Source of the DNA: Anolis carolinensis
Taxonomy: Eukaryota
Assembly: GCF_035594765.1 (NCBI RefSeq)
Contig: NC_085846.1
Span: 20,881,190-20,945,189 of the forward strand
Reading direction: 5' to 3'
DNA length: 64,000 bases
Notes under the pieces: model-generated
The model's input: the letters and a program-made list of their open reading frames with translations, nothing else
Told to the model about the DNA's origin: nothing
Databases searched by the model: none
Part shown: piece after piece, positions 24,095 to 35,215 of the stretch
Numbering within the stretch: position 1 is the stretch's first letter
How the letters are laid out: the number at the start of each line of letters is the position of its first letter
Translations under genes and position numbers: made by a program

Positions 24095-24985
24095 TATATC
24101 TGTGGAAGGTCCAGAAAGAACTCTTTTCTGCTTGAGGCAGGTGTGAATGTTGCAATTGGCCAGCTTGATTAGCATTGAATTAGCATTACAGCCAGGGCCA
24201 GCCCAACACGGAGGCTATTGAAGCGCCCGCTTTGGGCTCACGGTCCCCGGCGGGGACCTTGGGCTCGCTCACTGCCAAACAGGAAGGCCTGTTCAGCAGC
24301 TAGCGAGCTCTCCCGCTGCAGCCTGGCCGGCTGCAGCCTGGAAGGACTTTCCTGCTGCAGCCTGGTTGGCTGGGCCAGGGAGCATGGCATGGGAGGCGGG
24401 GCTCCATCTGGGCGGTGCCTTGCCTCCCGCGCCACGTGCCCTGGCCCTGCCTCCCACGATGTGTGAGAGGCGGGGCCAGGGAGAGGGGCGCGGGAGGAAG
24501 GGCCAAGGTTGGCCCCGCCTCCTGCACCGCTCGCCCTGGCCTGGCTGGCCTTGCCTAGCCAGCCAGGCTGCAGCAGGAGTCCTTCCAAGCCACGGCGAAG
24601 GCCCAGCCTAGAAGTATGTTCCCACCGCTTCCTGGACGGCTGGGCCAGGGCATGCGGGGTGGGAGTCGCAGCACCATCTGGGCGGGGCCCCACCTCCTGC
24701 AGCCATGTCCCACCTTCCACACTGCGCGAGAGGCGGGGTCAGGGCGCGTGATGCGGGAGGTAGGGCCAGGGCGTGGGAGGCGGGGCCAGGTCTGGCCACA
24801 CCCCGCCTCCTGAGGCACATGGCTTAACACTTAAAATTACCTCGGGCCGGCTCTGATTACAGCTTCAAAGCCTGGCTTCTTCCTGACTGGGCCCTGATTG
24901 TTTCATGTCTGGAATTCCTCTGTTTTCTGAGTGGTGTCCTTTATTTACTGATTTTAGAGTTTCTTAAGATTGGTAGCCAGATTTT
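24095..24985 (-). mobile_element. Penelope remnant interrupted by a hAT element
   Basis: 24095-24192 and 24856-24985 match the reverse complement of 31635-31885. Confidence 0.65.
24193..24855. mobile_element. GC-rich non-autonomous hAT element
   Basis: Termini CAGGGCCAGCCC / GGGCCGGCTCTG. Perfect 8-bp TSD ATTACAGC at 24185-24192 and 24856-24863. Confidence 0.85.
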
Positions 24986-26546
24986 CAATAATAGGGAGGA
25001 GGCATTGGGGTTGTTCCCTGGAAGAGGCCTATGGCTTCTCCCATCAGGAAAAAAAATCACATGGGCAGCTAGTGATATATATGCAAGTGCTAGTGAATGC
25101 TTATTAAGTAGTGCATTCAGTTGTAAGATTTTGTCATTGAATACTGAAGAATTGCATAGAGATGTATGTTAACTAGACCTGATATAAGAGCTTGGCCAAC
25201 CTAATGGTTGATTTATTTTATCGCTATGTATATGGCAAAGTGTTTGATGAGCTCTCCAGAATAACGACATCAGACACATGCAGTTGGTTGAAATAAGGGC
25301 CACTTTATTTGACTTATTAATTATTTAAGATTAAAACCAAGAAAACATGATAGAGAGGGGTAGCAGTCTGGTGGACGTCCTAGCTGAAACTCATTTCTAC
25401 TTGTGACAAACCTCCCAAGTTTCAACTTGAGCAAAAAGACTTAACCCTGCAGGCATTTTAATCTTATGGGTTGCTTACCAAGAGGGCTACATTTTGGAAG
25501 GCAGAATTATCCAACCTCTTCCCTCCTGGCAAGCCCCAGACTTCATAAGGGAAGAAAAACCCCCAAGAACAGAGTTCTTTTCAGTTCCCAGGCCCCAGAA
25601 CCCAAAGAGGCCTTAACACAAATGATGCCAACTTTTGTTATTTACCCCAAAACCTGCAAGTGAAACTTAATTCATAGGGGTGTGCACAATAGGGGTGTGC
25701 AATTCAGCTAAACCCTGTTCTGTTTTCTATATCCAAATTTCAGTGGATCCCAGATCCATTTTTTGTTTTTGGTTGTTTTTTTTGGGGGGGGGGGGGTTGG
25801 GGGGGGAACCTCCCAATTTCGGTCAGGAAAAAAAAACAGTTTTTTAATCTGGCAACTGAAAGATCTGGGAAGATCTGGCCCATTGGCAGCAATGGGAAAC
25901 TTATGAGTCTCCTTTTTCTGTCATTTAAGAAACCAGGCTTTCTGGTATCCTTTTTCCTTTTATCCTTCAATAAGACCTCGATTAAAGGCATCAGACTTAA
26001 GAAATCACCCTTTCTGGGATTCTTTCTCCTTTTCTCCTTCAATAAGATCTGGATTAAAGGCATCAGACTTAAGATCATTTGCCCTCAGCACCTTTTCAAT
26101 GAAAAAAGATTTTTAAAAAGATATAAATTACCTCCTCATTTTATTTAGAAATGGTAAGATATATCCTCTACCCCACATTTGAAGCTTGCCTTGTGTGAAG
26201 GACACCATCTGTGGCAGTTTCTTAAGTGTGTAGAAAGTAAACTGCTTATTTATTGCTATTTGAGTCAAAAAGCGAGCCAAGCCATGCAGAAATGTGAGTG
26301 TTACTGAAAAAAATGGTTGCCGAGACTATGCCGTTACAACTGGCCAAAAGGGCTGGAATAGCTGAAACAGCCAGAGCACAACTCAAATAACCTCTGACTT
26401 AGTTAATCAGTTACACAGAATCATGTATAAGTCTGTTTCAATGTCACTCAGCATACATGGGGAAAATATGGGGAAAATTTGAATTTAAAATAAATTCTGT
26501 CACAATGGAACCAAAAATAGAAGTGAAGGAAAGTACTCAAAATATT

Positions 26547-26641
26547 GGGGTGTTGCGTGGTTTCCAGGCTGTATGGCCATGTTCTAGCAGCATTTTCTCC
26601 TGACATTTCTCCTGCATCTGTCGCTGACATCTTCAGAGGAG
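26547..26641 (-). mobile_element. Penelope terminal fragment (a further piece lies at about 26737-26783 plus)
   Basis: Reverse complement of 31918-32010. 11-bp TSD CTCAAAATATT at 26536-26546 and 26642-26652. Confidence 0.7.
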
Positions 26642-27256
26642 CTCAAAATATTTATCAGTTGCTTTATTTATTTTGTGAATAATTTGTAATCAAAAGATTT
26701 ATATCTTCCTTTTCCCAAAACAGATAGCAACCTAAAGTGCTGCTAGAACATGGTCATACAGCCTGGAAATCACACAACACCCCAATAGAAGTCTAGTACT
26801 GGCAATAGAAGATAAAGTCTTACTCTAAAGTACATTATTCTACAATAAATATGAATTTAAATTCTGACTGTATGTCAGCAAAAGGATCACCTAGAATACA
26901 AAGAAAGCAAAAAGAAACATTTAAAATACTGAATCCTTTTCTTAAATCGACATCCAAGATTATAATTCGATTTTATTGCCAATTACATGTTTCTTTTACA
27001 TATAAAACTGTATTTTTTGCAGATTGCACTGAAGATCATTGTGTGGACTATCAAAAGTCTATTGCAGGAGAACAGATTTTGCAACTACTATTTATTTCTC
27101 CTGAATAGGTTTAATATGCTTAGCTTACCTAAGAGGGATAACTCTTTAGAGGTATAGCTTTAATGAACAAAGATATTACATATTATAGATATTATAGATA
27201 TATACAGGCATTGTAATATATTCCAACTGATATATAGTTAACATTTGTTGTTTTTC

Positions 27257-28266
27257 TCACGTTGATATCCTTTGCTCTAGCCACGTATTAAGATGAAAGA
27301 GAGCATCTGGGTTTGTAACTCTAAACTGAAAATATTTTTGTTCAATTTTGCAAATAAATTTTCTCAAGGCATCCTTGACATCCTTATTTCTTAGACTATA
27401 TATGAGAGGGTTGGATATGGGGGGAAGAACTGTGTATAACAAAGCAAAGATTTTGTTCAGAATTTTTATGGTTTCCATTTTTGGTATCAAATATACAATA
27501 ACAATGGCTTCGTAAAACATACAAACAACAATAAGGTGAGAAGAACAGGTTGAAAAGGCTTTTTTACTTCCAGTGGTAGATGGGATTCTCAAGATGTCAG
27601 AAATTATATATACATAGGAGATCAGTGTCAAAAGAAAAGGAGGGACGCTAAATACAAAAGCCACTGTTAATGTTATAAGGGCTAAAACTCTGCTGCAACT
27701 CCAGGAAAGTGTCCCCACTGCATATGCTTCACAAAAAAGTGGTCAATTTCACGGGGAGCACAATAATGTAGCCCTTCTAGCTCTAAAGGCAAGTACACAG
27801 AGAAAAAGACAATGCTGTTAATCCAAGAAAAACACACCAACTGGATACAGAATTTGCCATTCATAAGAGTTGCATAATGAAGAGGTCTGCATATTGCTAA
27901 GAGACGATCATAAGCCATCACAGAAAGCAGATAACATTCGGTACCCATTAGAAGATTTATAACATAGCACTAAGTCATGCATCCTTTGAAAGAGATGCTT
28001 TTGTCCCCTGTCACCAAACAGGCAAGCATCTCGGGCAGAATGGCTGAGCTGGAGAGGATCTCCAAACAAGACAAATTCACCAGAAAGAAGTACATGGGCG
28101 TGTGGAGGTGCTGATCAGTTACTATCAGAAGAATGGCGAGGAACTTGGCAATCAATGTTGAAATGTAGACTATGCAGCAGAGAACGAACAGCAATGTCTG
28201 TAGATGAGGTAGTTCCCCAAAACCCAAAAGAATATACTTAGTGATATCACTCTGGTTTCTTTGAAT
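27257..28266 (-). pseudogene. Olfactory receptor pseudogene, tandem paralogue of 32756-33697
   Basis: Start codon ATG>ATT at 28266 (IQRNQSDIT versus MQRNQSDIT). In-frame TAG at 27970-27972 where the paralogue has Gln. 1-nt frameshift in the T-run after DHFF (about 27735). C-terminus extended past the paralogue stop. Confidence 0.92.
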
Positions 28267-28904
28267 TTGGTCTCCTGTCTCCTAAATACGATGATTGAAA
28301 ACATGATACAAAAACATTGTAGATTATAATTTGTTTTTAAATGACATAAACTGATAAATTGGCAATGATGCTCTGAGAAAAAACCCAAGGTGATTATGGA
28401 AATGACTGGGAACAATTTTTAAACTTTATTAAGAAAGACAGAGACACACAACTATGGATCAACGACTTCAAATAAATTTGAAACAGGAGCAATCTTACAT
28501 CAGAAATATTTGGAAACTTTCATCTATGGGGTTTAACCTAGCACTGTTATCTTGGAAGATATTTGTCATACATGTCCAAAGTAGCAACATCTCCTACTCA
28601 GGAAAGCAGAAGCCAATAGAGAACATGGGAGAAAGGAGGAAGGGGAAGCAATTATACTACTATATTACATTTTATTGTGAACAAAACTTTTAATGCTTGC
28701 CTGCAATACAATTGTGGTAAAAAAAATACAATTATGTTAAAAAAAAAGAAAGAAAGAAAGAAAACATTGCCACCAGAGTATGGGTTTTATTCATTACAAT
28801 TTGATTCTAGTGGTGTTTTAGAAAGAACATCTCCAACCAAATATTTTCATATCTGATTATTTTTTTCTTTTTTATCTTTATTTTGAAAAATCATAGCTAT
28901 ACAG

Positions 28905-30603
28905 TGGGGTTGTCCAAATATTCGTTATGTTTCTCGTTTCGTAATTATTTTGGATTGTTCTCGTTTTTGAAACGAGTATTGAAACGTTTTCCCTGGGCGC
29001 AACTGGCAATGTAATTCGAACCATCGTTGGCCCATTCTCTAATTGTTTCTTAAAATTTTCGTTAAATTTTTTCCTTCCAAAATTTTTTTTAAATATTTTT
29101 TTAAAAAATTTTTTAATTTTTTTTTGTTTCTGCAACCTAACATGAATGGGAGCCTAGTGCAGCCTAACATGGCTACCGCTCCCTGGCCAATCAGAGACTT
29201 CCACGATGGCTGAAAAAGGTGGGGGCTAGCGTCCTCCGCGTCCACGTGGAGGATCTCTATAAAAATCCCCTCCCCAACTGAGCCAAGCCATTCTGGGTTG
29301 GGATACCGAGGAGAGAGGGTGTTTCGCGCGTGCTGGGAAGCTGCTTGCTTGCTTGGGGGAGAGAGGGCTAAGTGACTGGGGGTAGAGTGTTTCTGTTGTT
29401 GCTGGTTCGATATTATGTTTTTTTTGGGGGGGGGAATTGGCTGGGGGCTTGGGGCAGAGTCCTTGCTGTGGCTGGCTTTAGGAAACTTTTTTTTTCCAAA
29501 GGACATCTGCGTCCCTGCTAGTGCTGAGCTTGGGGTTCTTTCCATCTACTCCTGAGGGAGACCTTTTGCCTTTCTGTTTTCTTTTTTGGAATTTAGCAAT
29601 CACCACATCAGCCCTTCTTTGCAATCCTGAAAGGGGGGGGACTTGAAAATAATAGTTTCCAAAGGACATCTGCGTTCCTGCAAGTGCATTGCTTCCCTCC
29701 CGCTCCGTTTGTAATCCCAAGCCCCCGGGCTGAGTGTTATTGCAGCAATCACAAAGACACACATTGTTTTCAAACCTAAAGGGTACATTGGAAGAAATAG
29801 TTTCCAAAGGACGTGGGGCACCCGCCAAGGCATTGCTTCCCTCATGCTCCATTTCTATTCCCAAGCCTTGGGCTGAGTTTTATTTCTGCAATCACAAAGT
29901 CAGACATTGATTTGATTCAATAGAGGGCCCACAGCAATTTATAGTTTCCAAAGGACGTTGCCAATCCTGTCAAGGCATTGCTTGGCGTGTGCTGCATATC
30001 TAATCCAAAGTCCTCAGCCAGAGTTTCATTTTTGCAATCACAAGGTCAGCCAGTGGCACCATTGATCAAAAGGTTCAAAGGCAATTTATAGTTTCCAAAG
30101 GACGTTGCCAATCCTGTCAAGGCATTGCTTGGCGTGTGCTGCATTTCTAATCCAAAGTCTACAAAAGTAGAAGAGGGACTTTTACAGTGATAAGAACCCA
30201 ATTGAACAGGAAATAAGACTTTCAAACCAGGAACAGGTTTCTTCAAATATTGAAAAATAGTGTATTATAAAAAGTTATGAAAATTCGCCAAAAATCACAG
30301 GAGACAGGAAACATTCTGCAATTTGTTGAGCAAAGAGTGTGGAATGTGTTCTCCCACTGTACCAAATTTGTTGAGAATAGCTCAAGAAATGAGGGCGGGA
30401 GACCCCCAGAAAAGTCCCCCCCAGTTTCCTGTTTTTTGGCGATTGCGCATGCACGTCCGCCATCTTAGAAACATTACGAATTTTCGGAAATATCCGAAAA
30501 TTTTGGGTGAAAAATTAAGAAATAATTTCTATATCGAAGAGCCGGCACCCCCTACTTTAGAAACGAGAATTGAAACATTTTTTCCATCGATCGGACAAGC
30601 CTA
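28905..30603. mobile_element. 1.7-kb non-autonomous hAT-type DNA element with an internal tandem array of about 145 bp
   Basis: Termini TGGGGTTGTCC / GGACAAGCCTA. Perfect 8-bp TSD CTATACAG at 28897-28904 and 30604-30611. Confidence 0.8.
29493..30160 (+). repeat. Degenerate tandem repeat, about 4.5 units of about 145 bp
   Basis: Anchor (ATAG)TTTCCAAAGGAC at 29493, 29652, 29797, 29941 and 30088, with shared GCATTGCTT and GCAATCACAA blocks. Confidence 0.85.
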
Positions 30604-30735
30604 CTATACAGGGAGGATACAACTCAAAGACACATTTTGCAAGGAGTTGAAACAAGACAATATCATAAATATTTCTGTCACTTAGAAAATATATCCTACC
30701 CAGCCAAGTGAACAAACCATACAGCATCATTTTCA

Positions 30736-31469
30736 TGTTTAGGGCTTTGTAGGCCAAGACCAGCACTTTGAATTGGGCCCGGTAGCATATCGGCAGCCAG
30801 TGGAGCTGGCTCAACAAGGGAGTAGTGGGCTCCCTGTATCCCGCTCCTGTTATGAGTCTGGTTGCTTCCAGGCCGTCTTCAAAGGCAGACCCACGTAGAG
30901 CATGTTGCAGTAATCCAAACGGGATGTAACCAGAGCGTGGACCACCGTGGCCAAGTCTGACTTCCCAAGGTATGGGCACAGCTGGTGCACAAGTCTAAGT
31001 TGTGCAAATGCTCCCCTGGCCACTGCTAAAACTTGGGGTTCCAGCTCAGCGATGAGTCCAGGAGAACACCCAAACTGCAAACCTGTATCTTCAGGGGGAG
31101 TGTGACCCCGTCCAACACAGGCTGTAACCCTATACCCTGTTCGGCCCTGCGACTGACCAGGAGGACCTCTGTCTTGTCTGGATTCAATTTCAATTTGTTC
31201 ACCCTCATCCAGTCCGACACAGCAGCCAGACATCGATTCAGGACCTGAACAGCCTCCTTAGTGACAGGTGGGAAGGAGTGACAGAGCTGGACATCATCTG
31301 CATACAGATGACACCACACCCTGAAACTCTGGATGATCTCTACCAGCAGCTTCATGTATATGTTGAACAACATGGGGGACAGTACTGACCCCTGCGGGAC
31401 CCCACAAGACAATGGTTGTGGGGTCGAGCAGGTGTCCCCCAATGACACTATCTGGGATCGACCCTCCAG
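30736..31469 (-). mobile_element. L2 LINE RT fragment, frameshifted, from a different subfamily
   Basis: GVPQGSVLSP, YADDVQL, LNPDKTEV, SRLDYCN and LHWLP spread across three frames. Confidence 0.92.
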
Positions 31470-31581
31470 CAAGAGAAGACTTAGGTCTTGCTCACACAAG
31501 ACAAAAATATTCTGTGTATCATTCAGAATTGAGTAGTGAACAAATTAAAAGATAAAAACATATGTAAGAAAACATGAAATT

Positions 31582-32010
31582 CACAAGCATGTGGACAACT
31601 TCAACAGAAAGAAAGAAACCATGAAAATGAACAAAATCTGGTGACCAGTATTACAAAACTCAAAAATCAGAACAGTAAATAAGAAGCAATACTCTGAAAA
31701 CAGAGAAGTTCTAGACATGGGAACCAAGGGCAGCTAATGACTCTGAACAAAGGAAGCCCCCAGGCAGGAAAAGCCAGGACATGAAGCTTTTCACTGCTAA
31801 TTAAGGTGATTAACTACAACATTCACACTGGCCTCCAACTGACAAAGAGTTCTCTCACCCTGGACTTTCCACAGATATATATAAACCTCCTTGCTTAGTT
31901 TCGCCATACCTCACAACCTCTGAGGATGCCTGCCATAGATGTGGGTGAAATGTCAGGAGAGAATACTTCTGGAACATGGCCATACAGCCTGGAAAACATA
32001 CAACAACCCT
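31582..32010 (+). mobile_element. Penelope-like element 3' fragment
   Basis: Begins EIHKHVDNFNRKKETMKMNKIW, recognised as the C-terminus following the GIY-YIG domain. 14-bp TSD GAAAACATGAAATT at 31568-31581 and 32011-32024. Confidence 0.75.
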
Positions 32011-32344
32011 GAAAACATGAAATTATTATTAAAATATTATTCAATTATCAATATAATTAGGAACAATTGAAAAGATATCAAATGAAAAAGACAGCAATTA
32101 GTGCAGAACATTTTTAAAGACCTTATTAGCCATTTCTAAATTGTTATGCTCAGAAATTAGGTAGTTACTGTCTGATAATTTCATGGTGAAAGGAAACCAA
32201 TCCAGTATCTATAGAAAGAGCTGCAGAGCCTGGGAGCTACCACTATCCCATGTTTCCACCATTGATGGGAGAATCCTGTACTGCTTGCCCGATAGTAGGC
32301 CCAATTGGACCCAATTGTCTTAATTATGCATAGCTGCCTTAGAG

Positions 32345-32479
32345 CAGTAGTTCTCAACCTGTGGGTTCCCAGATATTTTGGCCGTCAACTCCAAGAAATA
32401 GTAACAGCTGGTAAATTGGTTGGGATTTTGGGGAGTTGTAGCCCAAAACACCTGGGGACCCACAGGTTGAGAACCACTG
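32345..32479. mobile_element. Palindromic hAT MITE
   Basis: TIR CAGT(A/G)GTTCTCAACCTGTGGGT; TSD CCTTAGAG/CCTTAGAA. Confidence 0.85.
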
Positions 32480-32755
32480 CCTTAGAACTATTCTAATTGC
32501 ACATGTTTGTAATTTTGACCCCCATCTACACTGCTACACTCTTCAATTGAACCTTCTATATATGGTCAGTGTAAACTCATATGATACAGTTTCAAAATAC
32601 ATTATATGGCACTATAGATGGGGCCTCTATCAGTGACATTAATTCTATTTAACCTCACAATTAGCTTGGACTGAATAGTGTTCACTGTTATGTCCTTAGT
32701 CACACAGTTATTTTTTATAACATGAAAGAGACCATCAGATTTTAAAACTCAAAAA

Positions 32756-33697
32756 TTAGGAATGGCCTTTCACAATCTTCCCAACAACCTTTCTTAGAGC
32801 TTCCTTGACATCCTTGTTTCTCAAACTATATATGAGGGGGTTGGCTATGGGAGGCAGGACTGTGTAGAAGAAAGAAAATATTTTTCTCATAGTTTTTGTT
32901 CTTTCCATTTTTGGTATACAATATACAACAACAATTGCACCATAGAAAATAGAAACCACAATCAAGTGAGAAGAGCAGGTTGAAAAAGCCTTTTGCCGCC
33001 CAGTGATAGATGGGATTCTCAGAATGGCAGAAATTATATATACGTAGGAGATTATGGTAAAAAGAAAAGGAGGAAAACTGAATATAAAACCCAGGGTCAC
33101 AGTGACAAATGGCAAGATTTTGATGTGACTACAGGAAAGTGTTCCCAGCTCAGATGCATCACAGTAGAAGTGATCGATTTCACTGGGATTACAATAGTGC
33201 AGTCCCTCTAATACCAAAGGCAAATATAAGGAGGTAAACAAAATACTATTTATCCAAGAGCCACCAGCTAACTGGATACAGAACTTGCCATTCATTATGG
33301 TTGTATAATGAAGAGGTCTACATATTGCTAAGAAGCGATCATAAGACATTACAGAAAGAAGATAACACTCTGTTGCTCCCAGGAAAGAGAAGAAATAAAA
33401 CTGTGCAATGCATCCTTTGACAGAGATGGTTTTGTCTCCTGTCACCAAACTGGTCAGCAGCTTTGGCAGGAAGGATGAGCTGTATAAGATTTCCAAACAA
33501 GACAAATTCACCAGAAAGTAGTACATGGGTGTGTGAAGGTGCTGTTCAGCCATTATCAGAAGAATGGTAAGCATGTTGGCAGTCAGTGTTGAAATGTAGA
33601 TGGTGAAAAACAGAAGGAACAGGAAGGTCTTCAGAGAATGTAGCTCCCCCAAACCCTGAAGAATAAACTCAGTGATGTCACTCTGATTTCTTTGCAT
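32756..33697 (-). CDS. Olfactory receptor (family 6/11-like), intact, 313 aa
   Basis: NQS sequon, LHTPMYYFL, MSYDRFLAIC, IDHFYCD, KAFSTCSSH and NPLIYSLRN. Confidence 0.95.
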   Translation of the reverse strand: MQRNQSDITEFILQGLGELHSLKTFLFLLFFTIYISTLTANMLTILLIMAEQHLHTPMYYFLVNLSCLEILYSSSFLPKLLTSLVTGDKTISVKGCIAQFYFFSFLGATECYLLSVMSYDRFLAICRPLHYTTIMNGKFCIQLAGGSWINSILFTSLYLPLVLEGLHYCNPSEIDHFYCDASELGTLSCSHIKILPFVTVTLGFIFSFPPFLFTIISYVYIISAILRIPSITGRQKAFSTCSSHLIVVSIFYGAIVVVYCIPKMERTKTMRKIFSFFYTVLPPIANPLIYSLRNKDVKEALRKVVGKIVKGHS

Positions 33698-34417
33698 TGT
33701 GTTTTAGTGGCATACAAACATCATACTGAAAAAAAGAAAGCCAATAATGTAATACAGAAATGTTGTTAATGGATCAAGGATTTTACTCATCACCGTGGTT
33801 CTATTACTTTGTAGATAAATACAAAAGAACCTACAATGTTATACCCTCATTATCTTCCCTTCTACTTTCTACATCTACACTTTAGGTTAGAATTGTGCTA
33901 CAAAAATCATATATCATATACACCAAACGCCAACTAAACAATATGGCAAATACCTCTGCTGCACGGAAGAAATTTTTTTTTGTCTTGCCTCAGGAAACAA
34001 GTTGTGCAGTATTCTTCTTCTCACTTCTTTGTGGGTATAGTTTTGTGTGATATATTGTATTTGTGCGTTTCCTACTGCATGCCTTATTAAATATGCCAAT
34101 GTCTCTCTAGGGTTTATTTCATTAAGGGAAAAAAGACCTATCAGGAGATATGGACTAATGAATGCTTTGGTTGGTTTTCTGCTTCTTTTCATGTGGTATT
34201 AATTCTCTAGATAATTAATTGTATTCATTGTATCGTTTTACTGATGTCATTTGCATATATTTTATTTTGTATAGATCTTAATATTTTGTAAACTGCCTTG
34301 AGTCTCAATATTGGTGAAAACATGGGGAATAAATTAAAGAAGAAGAAGAAAAAGAGGAAGAGACAGATGAGGCAGAGGAAGGAAGAGAAGGAGATCATCC
34401 AAAATCCTCCATTGCAC

Positions 34418-35215
34418 TCATAGAATCATAGAATCATAGAATCGTAGAGTTGGAAGAGACCTCACGGCCCATCCAGTCCAACCCCCTGCAAGAAGCAGGA
34501 AAATCTCATTCAAAGCACCCCCAACAGATGGCCATCCAGCCTCTGCTTAAAAGCCTCCAAAGAAGGAGCCTCCACCACAGTCTGGGGGAGAGAGTTCCAC
34601 TGCCGAACAGCTCTCATAGTGAGGAAGTTTTTCCTGATGTTCAGGTGGAATCTCCTTTCCTGTAGTTTAAAGCCATTGTTCCACGTCCTAGTCTGCAGGG
34701 CGGCAGCAAACAAGCTCGCTCCCTCACATATTTGTACATGGCTATCATGTCTCCTCTCAGCTTTCTCTTCTGCAGGCTAAACATGCCCAACTCTTTAAGC
34801 CGCTCCTCATAGGGCTTGTTCTCCAGACCCTTGATCATTTTAGTCGCCCTCCTCTGGACACCTTCCAGCTTGTCAATATCTCCCTTCAACTGCGGTGCCC
34901 AGAATTGGACACAGTATTCCAGGTGTGGTCTGACCAAGGCAGAATAGAGGGGGAGCAAGACTTCCCTGGATCTAGATGCTATACCCCTATTTATGCAGGC
35001 CAGAATCTCGTTGGCTTTTTTAGCAGCCGCATCACATTGTAGGCTCATGTTTAACTTGTTGTCCACGAGGACTCCAAGGTCTTTTTCACACATACTGCTG
35101 TCGAGCCAGGCATCATCCCCCATTCTGTATCTTTGCATTTCATTTTTTCTGCCAAAGTGAAGTATCTTGGATTTGTCCCTGTTGAACTTCATTTTGTTAG
35201 TTTCGGCCCATCTCT
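34418..35215 (-). mobile_element. 5'-truncated CR1 LINE
   Basis: Near-identical to 12158-12975, with an (ATTCTATG)n tail. A 19-bp deletion between CCCTC direct repeats at about 34725 shifts the frame. Confidence 0.95.

Noticed and set aside
24218-24830. Multiple overlapping ORFs of 65-160 aa
   Set aside because: Stop-poor GC-rich interior of a hAT element with no recognisable domain.
25231-25670. Possible minus-strand solo LTR (similar texture at 57900-58400)
   Set aside because: No confident TG...CA boundaries or TSD could be assigned by eye.
29493-30160. CRISPR-like repeat-spacer array
   Set aside because: The intervening sequences are homologous to each other, units are about 145 bp, the context is eukaryotic, and there are no cas genes.
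28878-30685. ORFs inside the 1.7-kb DNA element as a transposase
   Set aside because: Low-complexity translations with no BED finger, DDE or hAT dimerisation motifs.
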